Assembly (NCBI GenBank): GCA_051652765.1
Contig: JBOFUV010000082.1
Span: 1 to 49,189 of the forward strand
Length of the DNA stretch: 49,189 nucleotides
Direction of reading: 5' to 3'
Source: Microcoleaceae cyanobacterium
GTDB taxonomy: Bacteria; Cyanobacteriota; Cyanobacteriia; Cyanobacteriales; Microcoleaceae
The notes under the pieces were generated by a model. The model saw nothing but the letters and a program-made list of their open reading frames with translations, was not told the DNA's origin and searched no databases. How positions within the stretch are numbered: position 1 is the stretch's first letter; every line of letters begins with the position of its first letter. Positions 28,401 to 36,285 of the stretch are shown in pieces. The position numbers and the translations under genes were made by a program.

Positions 28401-30250
28401 GGGACACTCGGGTCAATGTTCCCTTACCCCCGCTGGTTGCGACTGATCCGGACGCAGGAGATAGCATTGCCTTCTTTACGGTTACCAGCTTGCCCCAGAC
28501 AGGTCAACTGCTCTTGGGGAACGCCGCAGTTCAGCTCAATCAACAAATTCTTGTTGATCAGGCTGGACAATTTACCTTCACCCCAGATCCCAACCTGGGA
28601 ACTAGTCGAACGGATCGGTTTAGTTTCACGGCAACGGATAGTCGGGGAGCCGCTTCTCTGTTTGCCGGAACGGTTGATCTCTCAATTTCACCTAACTTGC
28701 TGCCGATTGCTGAGCCCATTATTATTCTTCCGATTCCAAACACAAACGTTGCTTTTACCTTGCCTCCGTTAATGGCGACTGATCTGGATGGTACGGTGGT
28801 GAGTTTTAGCCTGACCGAATTGCCCACAGGCCAAGGAACCCTGTTTATTGGGTCAACTTTAGTGACTAGCCTGACTCAGGTTCAGAATATTTCTCCAGCT
28901 GATGCAGGTACTCTAGCCTTTGCCGCCAGCCCTAACTTTGTGGGCGACTTTGTTTTAAATTACACGGCCCTTGACAATGAGGAGGGGATTTCCCCGCTGA
29001 CTCCGATCAGCATTACCGTTTTCGACACAAATTCTGGGATTGATACAAGTGTTCCTCCGATTCTGATTCCCTCAGATGACATTGAAGACCTGTGTGACAG
29101 CCCAGAGGTGCCGGACTTTGAGGCGATCGCCATTATCATTCCTGCGGCCTCAACGGTGGCTGACTCTTTTGACAGCGCGATTCTGGGCACAGAAGCTAAT
29201 GACGTGTTAGTGGGTACTGATAGTCCAGATGCAGTTTTAGGGAGTGGCGGCAATGACACCATTGATGCGGCTGTCGGGGATGACATTGTCGATGGGGGTG
29301 CAGACAGTGACTTGATTTTTGGAGCCGTTGGGAATGATACCCTGATTGGCGATGAAGGCGGGGCTGAGGGCGTGATTGTGGGAGGTGCAGATGTGATCTC
29401 CGGTGAACAAGGGAATGATGTCATCAGCCTCAACGTTGGGGCCGATACTCTGTATGGAGGCCGTGAGGATGACTTTGGCTACGGGGGTCAAGACGATGAC
29501 TTGATGTATGGCGATCGCGGCAATGACACTCTGTTCGGCGACTTAGGCAGTGATACTCTGTTCGGCGATCAGGACGTTCCAAATCCAACGACGCTTGCAG
29601 GCCAAGATCTGCTCTGGGGGGGCGCAGGAGATGACTTCTTGAATGGCAACACCAATACCGATACCTTGAGTGGGGGTGCTGGGGCAGATGTTGTTCAAGG
29701 GGGCCAACAAAACGACCTTGTCTTCGGGGAAGCTGGAAATGATGAGGTTTTTGGTGATCTGGGCGATGATACCGTTGTTGGGAATGAAGGCAATGACACC
29801 CTCTATGGGGGAACGGGAACTAATGAAGCTGATCTGGGCCAGGACAAGCTCTGTGGAGGGGGCGGGGACGATTTACTGTTCGCTGAAGCAGGACAAGATA
29901 TTATCTGCGGAGATGGGGGGAATGACACTCTCTACGGCGGTGAAAATAGTGACACCCTAATTGGCGGTGAAGGAGATGATTTGCTGTTTGGCGATCAGGA
30001 GAGTGATACCTTGTTTGGCGGGGAAGGTGCAGATGGCTTTGTACTTCGGGCTGATGGCAGCAGTGACTTGGTTCTAGACTTTGGTGACGGAGTTGATCTG
30101 TTGCGATTGTCCGGCGGATTAACCTTTGCTGATTTAACAATTACTCAGGGAGCATCGGGAGTTCTGATTCAGCAGGAAACCGAAGTCTTGATGACGGTTC
30201 AAGGGGTGACAGTCGGTCAGATGACAACAGATGACTTCACTACGGTTTAA
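22418..30250 (+). CDS. Giant secreted adhesin-like protein: beta-helix repeats, tandem Ig/cadherin-like repeats, RTX tail
   Basis: GAGSLRQAI N-terminus, N.ISGN...GI repeats, about a dozen N.PP...D.DG...F.YTA.D modules, C-terminal GGxGxD repeats. Confidence 0.92.
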   Translation: MANLLVTTLNNAGAGSLRQAILQADNNGEDDIITFDPSLDGQNIPLNSALGINVTGELFALTIDASALPNGITIDASPIDPTVAQRQAFNITTEVGATVSLIGLTMSSSGLDGVLHSGTGTLTIQNSSIINNGASGIRSTGGTLNLQSSTIEGNSLAGVNLINSSNGILSDNTIGNNGSAGISLSSSNSNQFISNFIGVDSTGTTANPNSQGISIANSSGNTLQDNVISGNQAQGIVISLSTQNTLLGNKIGTDLNGTIPIANGAEGILLEESTANIIGENDPAARNTISGNGAAGISLTQGSTSNTISGNNIGVNTVGDGAIGNADQGIQVINSPSNTFIANLISGNQSVGVLIAQSDQNTFQNNYIGVNEATDTALGNGGQGVSVDNSASTTLIGNVISGNQGNGIDLRNGTRQTTIQANSIGTDLTGTTAVPNVINGILIRSSTLNTIGGSGSGEANLISGNLSNGIVLEQSTENQILGNLIGTDETGSFAIGNGDRGIFLSANSDTNTIGGAGDASNIISGNGQDGIFIQNSGQNIITGNFVGTSILGSEAIANLAGITLEGAESNTIDNNFISGNTGTGLTLAANSSSNTITANQIGVDPSGTITVANRGNGIAINSSNANTLINNQISGNSDNGIELVGSSAVAAANVIQSNLIGIDRAGVQAIPNGRDGVRIAAGALDSMVGGTDPDTGNLIAFNLGSGVNILADEASTPIEHAVLGNRIFSNGSNSPGIGIDLGNNGVTANDPDDADTGPNNLQNFPELQAVVQRGNQITVEGTLNSTADTTFRVEFFGNRVADPSGNGQGEVFIAGIDVTTDATGSATIGQPVTLPLGASFVTATATDPTGNTSEFSSAIAINQAPIATPVNIATLINTPINLNLVDQSFDPDGTVDPATVDLDPATADIQSSLDVPGQGSFTVTPQGTLTFTPVIGFEGEITTPYTVQDNLGATSAPADLVVNVSRLVNQPPATSNVVASPAIPGDAVQAPLPALSATDADGSLTQFRITQLSQGGTLFLGNQAVTPGQLISVADAGNLTFTPNAGFSGFASFQYTALDDQGASDLTPATFTIPVTPVNQPPLTANIAGVIQPTNPPQPAPVSALNGSDSNGTVDNFRITQLPLNGALLLNGNPVDTTALIPVADAGNLSFTPNPGFVGIASFRYVAIDNEGIEDPTPALATLNVQPAANQPPETDNVQSPILNSATPQAALPTLSGSDSDGSVAEFRILTVPQNGQLALGATVLTADSLVPLAAAATLTYSPDSNSPSFSQETFTYAAIDDQGLEDSTPATYTIPVIGNIVPIANTVTAATVDSTAVDVALTPSPSGSDPDGSITQFTITQLPPVQAGELLIDDDADPATPSTLVTAGQNILLADIGNLRFTANPNFVGLTRFSYTVTDNQGAVSIPSQLEIPIQRTTLPNLPPIVGGITISPSLTDTTDLNPVTIPPLVGVDPEGEGLTFQILRVPNRGDLQLNGVSVINNQALTATEAEQLVYIPDPVANRDLFFRYTAIDPQGLQAPTDGRVTIPFLQNNNQAPFPENVSAPGILSTETNATLPALAAVDPEGDAIANFTLIKLPGQAEGELFLNGVSVAQGQSLTPTEAGELTFTPNLSFSGITVVEYTATDELGETSDEVGLLQIPVLPGNVNLPPTVSSITLSPPLENTVAAPVPVPVLQGSDPEGDPFAFTLLSLPSNGQLFLNGQAVLIDQQIALADAGNLSYDPDDSFVGTDAFRYTATDDQGVNAPNSALVSIPVQPGNQRPIVANRSSASIPNDSTGATVPTLFGTDPEDGTVALFQIVSLPNSGQLLLNGTEVAPGQQLTGTEAAQLTFVPNSNFIGNETFQYLAIDSQSLASRNSATVTLPTVASQNLPPIPADRIAPNVLNTQTNVALPALSATDPDGDVIQEFTLTQLPSSGQLLLSGQAVILDQVIPGTEAGNLTYTPVANFGGQVNFNYTATDAEGLESQVTATYTIPVILDNLPPIPGNPPLTFMRDTRVNVPLPPLVATDPDAGDSIAFFTVTSLPQTGQLLLGNAAVQLNQQILVDQAGQFTFTPDPNLGTSRTDRFSFTATDSRGAASLFAGTVDLSISPNLLPIAEPIIILPIPNTNVAFTLPPLMATDLDGTVVSFSLTELPTGQGTLFIGSTLVTSLTQVQNISPADAGTLAFAASPNFVGDFVLNYTALDNEEGISPLTPISITVFDTNSGIDTSVPPILIPSDDIEDLCDSPEVPDFEAIAIIIPAASTVADSFDSAILGTEANDVLVGTDSPDAVLGSGGNDTIDAAVGDDIVDGGADSDLIFGAVGNDTLIGDEGGAEGVIVGGADVISGEQGNDVISLNVGADTLYGGREDDFGYGGQDDDLMYGDRGNDTLFGDLGSDTLFGDQDVPNPTTLAGQDLLWGGAGDDFLNGNTNTDTLSGGAGADVVQGGQQNDLVFGEAGNDEVFGDLGDDTVVGNEGNDTLYGGTGTNEADLGQDKLCGGGGDDLLFAEAGQDIICGDGGNDTLYGGENSDTLIGGEGDDLLFGDQESDTLFGGEGADGFVLRADGSSDLVLDFGDGVDLLRLSGGLTFADLTITQGASGVLIQQETEVLMTVQGVTVGQMTTDDFTTV

Positions 30251-30269
30251 CTTGGGTTAAGCTTTTTGG

Positions 30270-30300
30270 GTATAACTTCTGCAAGATGCGGGAGTTATAC
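30270..30300. terminator. Hairpin between convergent genes
   Basis: GTATAACTTCTGCA-AGA-TGCGGGAGTTATAC. Confidence 0.6.
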
Positions 30301-30321
30301 TAAATTCCAGGGTGATCTTCC

Positions 30322-30747
30322 CTAACCCCGAATCGGTTCCAGCACTTTGAGAATGGCATGATAGGCTATGTCTTGCCTTTGAATCAATTGTCGAACATGG
30401 TCGAGAACCTTGGCAACACTGCATTCTAGATTTCGCATCTCACTCTGTTCCACAACCGCTTGGGCTGTCTGAAAATCTCCAGCCCGTCGATAGAGATCCG
30501 CCAAAAAAACATCTTCGAGCCCCGGTTGTTTAATGGGAACTGTACCGGAGGCGATCGCGTTCTGAAAAGCCTGAGCCGCTCTCAAATCATGACGGTCAAT
30601 CAATACACTATTATCTTGGACTGGAGTTGCCCCTTTAAAATCCATGCGCCCTGCCAAAAGCGATGAACTGATCTGCATGAAAGTTGTAGTGCAGCTAGAC
30701 AGTTGAAGTTCCATATTTGATTCAGTTCTTTTATAGAGCCTAAACAT
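30322..30747 (-). pseudogene. Hypothetical ORF, probably the C-terminal remnant of a longer gene
   Basis: LADLYRRAGDFQTA helical-repeat-like C-terminus; the apparent start sits exactly at a MITE edge. Confidence 0.45.
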
Positions 30748-30857
30748 ATAGCAGTTCTAAGGGATTTGTGATACAGGGTGAAGAGTCCCTATGTGCTTGA
30801 GGGCTTTGTCCCTAAACCCTACTTTGACGCTTTCACAAACGATTTAGGATTGCCATA
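30747..30857. mobile_element. MITE
   Basis: Imperfect ~25-bp TIRs TATAGCAGTTCTAAGGGATTTGTGA / TCACAAACGATTTAGGATTGCCATA, 111 bp, non-coding. Confidence 0.75.
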
Positions 30858-31118
30858 TTATTTCGACGGAGAGGACGTTTAAAAAGTTAGATTTGCGACT
30901 TGACAGGTTAGACAACACAGCTTAAAATCCCCATGTTTTGCTGTGAGTCTGCTTCACTTGCACCGCTCAATACTCTGTTCAAACACCCTCTGAACTGATA
31001 AAAAACTTTCTCTATTAATAGCTTTACTAATTCTTTGGCCATCGTCGATAGGGATAACTTCAGGAGTTGTCGCTTGAAAAGGCAGAAAAGTTCAGGTTGG
31101 ATTGACTTTTACGGAGAA

Positions 31119-31277
31119 TCAACCGTCGTCGGTGCTCTGATTGTTGGGGCTGCAATCGTTACAACAGGAGCACAGACCACTCAAGTCACAGTCCTCACAA
31201 ACGCTCTGTTTGGTGTTGCTAGTTTCCTAGGTCTTTGGTTGGTTGTTAGCATTCTCAGATCAGGGCGTTTGAGATAA
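31119..31277 (+). pseudogene. C-terminal two-TM fragment of an AarF/ABC1/UbiB kinase
   Basis: S.VVGALIVGAAI...LF..ASFLGLWLV.SILRSGRL matches the C-terminus I recall for cyanobacterial ABC1 kinases; no kinase domain upstream. Confidence 0.65.
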
Positions 31278-31289
31278 AAGTGGGTCTTA

Positions 31290-32144
31290 TTAGCGCGGCG
31301 GTTGACTCTCAGACTGGCTAGGTGAAGCTGGTAGCTCCATTAGGGTTGGCAAGCGGGTTGCCTCAACCATAGGAGTATAACCCAACCATTGTCTTGAACT
31401 CGTGGCAAACTGTTCGGGACAACCACTCACACAGAATCGAGTCGGCTTGGGGGCCTGAGGGCTAACTAGCCCTAACAGTTCAAGTTCCTGACCAATGGCC
31501 TGAACCAAATATAGGGCTGGATCAAGCAATTGGACTGATTTGGGGAGGAGCGATCGCAGCACGGGAGCCAGATGGGGATAGTGAGTACAGCCATAGATCA
31601 AGGTATCAATGCCCTGTTGGAGCAGTGGAGCCAGGTAATCTTTTGCAACTTTGTAGGTGTAGGGGTCGTTGATGCGATTCTGTTCAATCAAGGGCACAAA
31701 TTCTGGACACCCCACTTGCCAAACTTGAACGGTCGGATTCATCTCTTGAATCGCCTGCCGATAAACATTACTGGCAGCAGTGGATGGAGTTGCAATCACA
31801 CCAATTCGATGGCCCACTTGTACAGCCGCCCTGGCACCGGGCAAGACAATGCCTAAAATCGGCAAGTCAAACTCAGACTGAACGATTTCTAGGGCCAAGG
31901 CTGAACTGGTGTTGCAGGCCATCACAACCATTTTCACCTCTTGAGAAATGGCCCAAGTAATAATTTCACGGACAAATTGCAGAATTTCTGATTGAGACCG
32001 GATGCCATAGGGGAGCCGTGCCGTATCCGCAAAATAGAGAATGGATTCCTGGGGAAGGTGATGATACAGCTCTCTGAGTACCGTTAATCCTCCAACGCCA
32101 CTGTCGAACACGGCAATTCTTTGTTGTCTTTTGTCCGTTGTCAT
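31290..32144 (-). CDS. murI: Glutamate racemase
   Basis: FDSGVGGLTV, DTARLPYG, MACNTSS, GCTHYP. Confidence 0.97.
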   Translation of the reverse strand: MTTDKRQQRIAVFDSGVGGLTVLRELYHHLPQESILYFADTARLPYGIRSQSEILQFVREIITWAISQEVKMVVMACNTSSALALEIVQSEFDLPILGIVLPGARAAVQVGHRIGVIATPSTAASNVYRQAIQEMNPTVQVWQVGCPEFVPLIEQNRINDPYTYKVAKDYLAPLLQQGIDTLIYGCTHYPHLAPVLRSLLPKSVQLLDPALYLVQAIGQELELLGLVSPQAPKPTRFCVSGCPEQFATSSRQWLGYTPMVEATRLPTLMELPASPSQSESQPPR

Positions 32145-32606
32145 AGAGTTTTATCCACCTTATCAAATTGATCAAATGTACTTTAGTACAACACAAGCGA
32201 TCGCGGTAGAGCGCGACTGTGAGAATTGGAGAATGGGTCAATGGGCTTACATAGCAATCAGATGAATAGCCCTCTAACGAGATTGAGAGTCGCAAGTTGG
32301 GAGTAGAGCATGGAGCCAAACTAGTAAACACGGTTGTAAACTCAATGTCAAAGTTCTCTAACATTGAATTGCTAAAACGAAGTCATTATGAGTATGATTT
32401 ATTGATGCGGTTTAAACTAGCAGTCTAGAGCAATAAACCAACGGAGTCCAATCGAACACAGCTTGCAGGTTAAACAGATTCTCCTGCCCCAGAACACGCT
32501 AAGATCCAATCAAAGCTGAGGCTTGAAGAAATCTTGCCGAGTCTGTTGCTTAACTTTTGTTCAATTTTTGTTTAATTCTGTCCTCTCACGAATTATGGAG
32601 CGTTCT

Positions 32607-33176
32607 ATGAGTCCTAAGAGCCTAAAGCAAAAACTCTATCCCACTCGCATTGATTTATCCCCAGAGATTCGCCAGCAGGTGGCTGCAACTTTAAATGCCA
32701 GTCTCGCAACCACTCTAGACTTAAAGACTCAGGTGAAACAAGCTCACTGGAACGTTAAAGGCATGAATTTTTATGCCCTCCACGAGCTGTTCGATGCGAT
32801 CGCCGGAGAACTTGAAGGCTATGTGGATATGGTCGCTGAACGGATTACGGCCCTGGGAGGACTTGCCCTGGGAACTGCTCGAATTGCCGCAGCGGAATCT
32901 ATTTTGCCCGAGTATCCTTTGGAGATTACCGATGGCAGAGATCATGTTGTTGCCTTGGCCGATCGTTTGGCTATTTATGCAAAGCACGTCCGAGAGGCCA
33001 TTGATCAAGTGGATGAGTTGGGAGATGCGGATACAGCAGATCTTTACACCGAGATTTCTCGTAACATTGATATGCGACTCTGGTTCCTAGAGGCTCATCT
33101 CCAAGGCAGCGAGACAGACCATAATGGTAGCGTGACCGAGGCCAAATCTCAGAGAGTTGAAGCCAAGTCAACCTGA
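32607..33176 (+). CDS. dps: DNA starvation/stationary-phase protection protein Dps
   Basis: KQAHWNVKGMNFYALHELFD, DMVAERI, D.DTADL, LWFLEAH; GGAG RBS before ATG 32607. Confidence 0.96.
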   Translation: MSPKSLKQKLYPTRIDLSPEIRQQVAATLNASLATTLDLKTQVKQAHWNVKGMNFYALHELFDAIAGELEGYVDMVAERITALGGLALGTARIAAAESILPEYPLEITDGRDHVVALADRLAIYAKHVREAIDQVDELGDADTADLYTEISRNIDMRLWFLEAHLQGSETDHNGSVTEAKSQRVEAKST

Positions 33177-33240
33177 AAAATTAGTCAATCCCGGCTAAAC
33201 CTGCCCGCGTTGAAGTTTCCCCTCAAGTTCTGTCCTAATG

Positions 33241-33275
33241 GTGTGAGAAGGCGAGATCCCTTCGCCCTCTCACAC
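33241..33275 (+). terminator. Hairpin after dps
   Basis: GTGTGAGAAGGCGA...TCGCCCTCTCACAC. Confidence 0.55.
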
Positions 33276-33385
33276 AGGTTCTAGGATCAAAATTAGGGTA
33301 CAGTCTCACCAGATCAAACTAACCTACCCAACCCACATCAAGGTTGACAAACCACTGATGTTAACTGCAGACCAGTACAGATAAG

Positions 33386-34048
33386 ATGAGTTCAGGTTTA
33401 ATTCCAGATTACGGCCCTCAGTTGCAACATCTAATGCAACAGGCAGAGCTTCCGAGTTTAACCGCCCTCAGTCAGAAAGCCAGGGTTTCAGAATGGCAAC
33501 TGACTCGACTCCAGCGAGGATTGGCCCTACAAACTCGAGCCGAGATTCTGCTGAAAATTAGTCAGGCCCTCAATATTTCCCTAACGCAGTTGTTGGCAAT
33601 TTTTGCTCCAACAAAGACAACAGCCGTTGAGCCAAAGACAGGTTCCCTTCAATCTCTTCAGGCCCTTCAAATTGAGTACCAACGGTTACAACGACAGCTT
33701 GAAGAACAGGCCGCCTCCTTACAGCAGGACTTTCAACGGGCCAGTATTCAAGCGTTAGAATCTTGGATGATCCAGTGGCCCACTGTGGCCCATCGAGCGA
33801 GGGAGAACCCTGAGCTTTCGGCTGCAAAGGTTTTGCCTTTGTTGCGTCCCGTCGAGCAACTTTTAGAACAGTGGGAAGTTGAACCGATCGCAAATGTTGG
33901 CCAGACCGTCCCTTATGATCCTCAGATTCATCAATTGCTGGAAGGGATATCCCAACCCGGAGATCCAGTAATCGTTCGCTATGGGGGATATCGCTATCAG
34001 GGCCAGTTGTTGTACCGGGTTAAGGTTAGCCCCGTCTCTTCAAATTAG
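33386..34048 (+). CDS. XRE-type HTH, coiled coil and GrpE-like C-terminal domain protein
   Basis: N-terminal HTH (LSQKARVSEWQLTRL..LLKISQALNISL); C-terminal VPYDPQIHQ..V.VRY.GY..LL.R.KV. Confidence 0.8.
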   Translation: MSSGLIPDYGPQLQHLMQQAELPSLTALSQKARVSEWQLTRLQRGLALQTRAEILLKISQALNISLTQLLAIFAPTKTTAVEPKTGSLQSLQALQIEYQRLQRQLEEQAASLQQDFQRASIQALESWMIQWPTVAHRARENPELSAAKVLPLLRPVEQLLEQWEVEPIANVGQTVPYDPQIHQLLEGISQPGDPVIVRYGGYRYQGQLLYRVKVSPVSSN

Positions 34049-34212
34049 GGAGTAAACGGATAAACTTAGTCTAGTTAGCAGTTATGATTGGTAGGAACCG
34101 ATGCAGGTTTTTTCGTTTACAGGTTCCTGAATAGATGCAGAGTGTCAAACTTTACATCTGGCGAATATTTGGTCTTCATACCAAATCCAACTATGCTTAC
34201 GACTGAGAAATT

Positions 34213-34536
34213 ATGAATTCTGACTTTCAAATTCTTCAACCTGATGGCCTTCTAGACGGTACTAAGTCAACTCAATTTCGTCAAGAAATTAGCCAGTTGA
34301 TCGAGAATGGAGCCAAGGTAATCCTAATTGATTTTAAAGGTGTAACTTTCATGGATAGTTCGGGTCTAGGTGCTTTGGTGCTAGCGCTGAAAACTGTACG
34401 GGCAGCGGGAGGAAAGTTAATTGTTTGCTCAATTAATGAGCAAATCAGAATTTTATTTGAACTCACCAGTATGGATCGGGTGTTTGAGATTTTTGAAAAT
34501 CGAGAAGCCTTTGAAAAAGCACGGGCAACTGCTTAA
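34213..34536 (+). CDS. STAS-domain anti-sigma factor antagonist
   Basis: LIDFKGVTFMDSSGLGALV. Confidence 0.93.
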   Translation: MNSDFQILQPDGLLDGTKSTQFRQEISQLIENGAKVILIDFKGVTFMDSSGLGALVLALKTVRAAGGKLIVCSINEQIRILFELTSMDRVFEIFENREAFEKARATA

Positions 34537-34607
34537 CTAGGATTCTAGATAGAGCTTATATATCTCTGAGTTTGATTAAAAATCACGCTTCTGGTGTGAA
34601 TCCTTGC

Positions 34608-34650
34608 CCTCATCCAAGTCCCTTTTCCAAGTTTGGGAGAGGGACTTGGC
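34608..34650. repeat. Cyanobacterial dispersed palindromic repeat
   Basis: CCAAGTCCCTTTTCCAAGTTTGGGAGAGGGACTTGG hairpin between convergent genes. Confidence 0.6.
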
Positions 34651-34669
34651 AAGTAAAGGTAGGCTCGTT

Positions 34670-35494
34670 TCAGATTTCCCCGACCATCACCTGTTCACCA
34701 ACAGGTTCTAGAGGGGCATTTTCAGGGTTGACAGTGACAAACAATCCTTTTGCTTTTATGCCTTTGGGAGGGGTTTCTGGGGGTCTTAACTCAAGAAATA
34801 CGGAGCCCTCTGCATTCGTGTTAAATTCCCCGCAAAAGATCACCTGACCATTTTCCAGGGTGAGCCACATGCGATAAACTTGGTCTGGTGACAAGGGCGG
34901 CAGGTTTCCCAGAGAAACAATCACTTCTTGCCACTGACCAGCGGTGAATAGCAAGGTTCCTGCCGCAGGGGATGCTCCTGTTCCCGTTAGGGTGACTAGG
35001 CGACTTTTGGGCCGCTGTAGGATCTCAGCAACTTGTTTGATATCAACCCCTTCTGAATCAACCCCTTCCGGAGAAACGTCGCGGGCAGAACTCAGTTGTT
35101 GACGCAGTTGAAAATTATCAATTCCCAGGAACAGGGCTATTAGTGCTGCAATTCCAGCCAGCAAACGACTCCAGGAGATTTTTCTAGGAGAGTCTTGAGA
35201 TTGAGGACGGGAATTTGGCCCGTTAACAGGCAACGCAGCGGCGTTCGTTGCTATTGCATTCGCAACTAAAACCTTCTCACGCAGTTGAGGAGGAGGCGAG
35301 AGTTTGGGCAATGCCTGAGGCAAGAGATTGAAGCTGAGCTGCATCGCCCGAATTTCTTGCTGAAAGTCAGGGTTAACTTGCAGCAACTGTTCAACTTGAT
35401 CGATTTCTTCGGAACTCAAATCTCCTAGAACATATCCAGCGGCTAGGGCCTGTTCTAGTTCTGATAATGGCTGTGGCATATTTCCTTCCTTCAT
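34670..35494 (-). CDS. Anti-sigma factor, RskA-like
   Basis: LAAGYVLGDLS.EE, PPPQLR, single TM, LPPL...VY.MW, VTV.P; overlaps the sigma gene stop. Confidence 0.9.
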   Translation of the reverse strand: MKEGNMPQPLSELEQALAAGYVLGDLSSEEIDQVEQLLQVNPDFQQEIRAMQLSFNLLPQALPKLSPPPQLREKVLVANAIATNAAALPVNGPNSRPQSQDSPRKISWSRLLAGIAALIALFLGIDNFQLRQQLSSARDVSPEGVDSEGVDIKQVAEILQRPKSRLVTLTGTGASPAAGTLLFTAGQWQEVIVSLGNLPPLSPDQVYRMWLTLENGQVIFCGEFNTNAEGSVFLELRPPETPPKGIKAKGLFVTVNPENAPLEPVGEQVMVGEI

Positions 35495-36057
35495 CCGACT
35501 GCGTTCCCTAGCAGTTGCCGTAGTTTGATCAAGCCTTGGCGAGCACTGGTTTTCACAGTACCCAGCGGCATTTCTAACTGGCGAGCAATTTCGGCATGAC
35601 TTGTCCCCTGATAAAAATTCATCTCTAGGATTTGACGTTGGCGTTCCGAAAGTTGATTCAAGGCTTGTCGTAAGGTTTGTTCTTGTTCAGATTGGGAGAC
35701 TTGTTCTAACGGGGTAGGGGCAGCAAATTCTGACGGGGAAGTCAATTGAAGTCGTTCAAGGGTGCGTTGGCGGCTATTAAAACTTTCCAATTTATTCAAG
35801 GCTCGCGATCTGACCATCAAACACAGGTAGGTACTGAGGGCAGCTCGAGTTGGGTCAAATTTCTCCTGTTTCCAAAAGTTGAGAAAAATATCCTGGGTCA
35901 AGTCTTCTGCTTCACTCGGTTGGTTCAGAATTTTGAGGGCCAGGGAATAGACTAGCCCGCTATAGCGTTCGTAGAGAATGCTGAGGGCCTGCTGATGTCC
36001 AGCCCTTAAGTCCCTAACTAACTCAGCATCAGATGCATCAGTTGAGATACGAGCCAT
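35491..36057 (-). CDS. ECF sigma-70 factor (SigK-like)
   Basis: LYERY..LVY, AEDLTQDIFL, SHAEIA..LEMPLGTVKT. Confidence 0.93.
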   Translation of the reverse strand: MARISTDASDAELVRDLRAGHQQALSILYERYSGLVYSLALKILNQPSEAEDLTQDIFLNFWKQEKFDPTRAALSTYLCLMVRSRALNKLESFNSRQRTLERLQLTSPSEFAAPTPLEQVSQSEQEQTLRQALNQLSERQRQILEMNFYQGTSHAEIARQLEMPLGTVKTSARQGLIKLRQLLGNAVG

Positions 36058-36285
36058 GAATCACGGAGATTAGAGTTGAGTTACAGTACTGTTCAATTAA
36101 CTTCTGAGTAACTTTTCGAGTTAACCATCAAACGCCCCCTCTTTTATTTTACAGATTCAAGTTCCCAACTTTAAGTTCCCAACTTTAAATTCACACCAAC
36201 AGGGGACTTGTCAAGCGCTAAGGGAACAGTTAACGTTAATCCCAACAAGTACCCTTACAATGTTCAGCAGTTCATCCTAAAATCT

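Noticed and set aside
32380..32410. Fur/PerR-like box upstream of dps
   Set aside because: AT-rich match too loose to support
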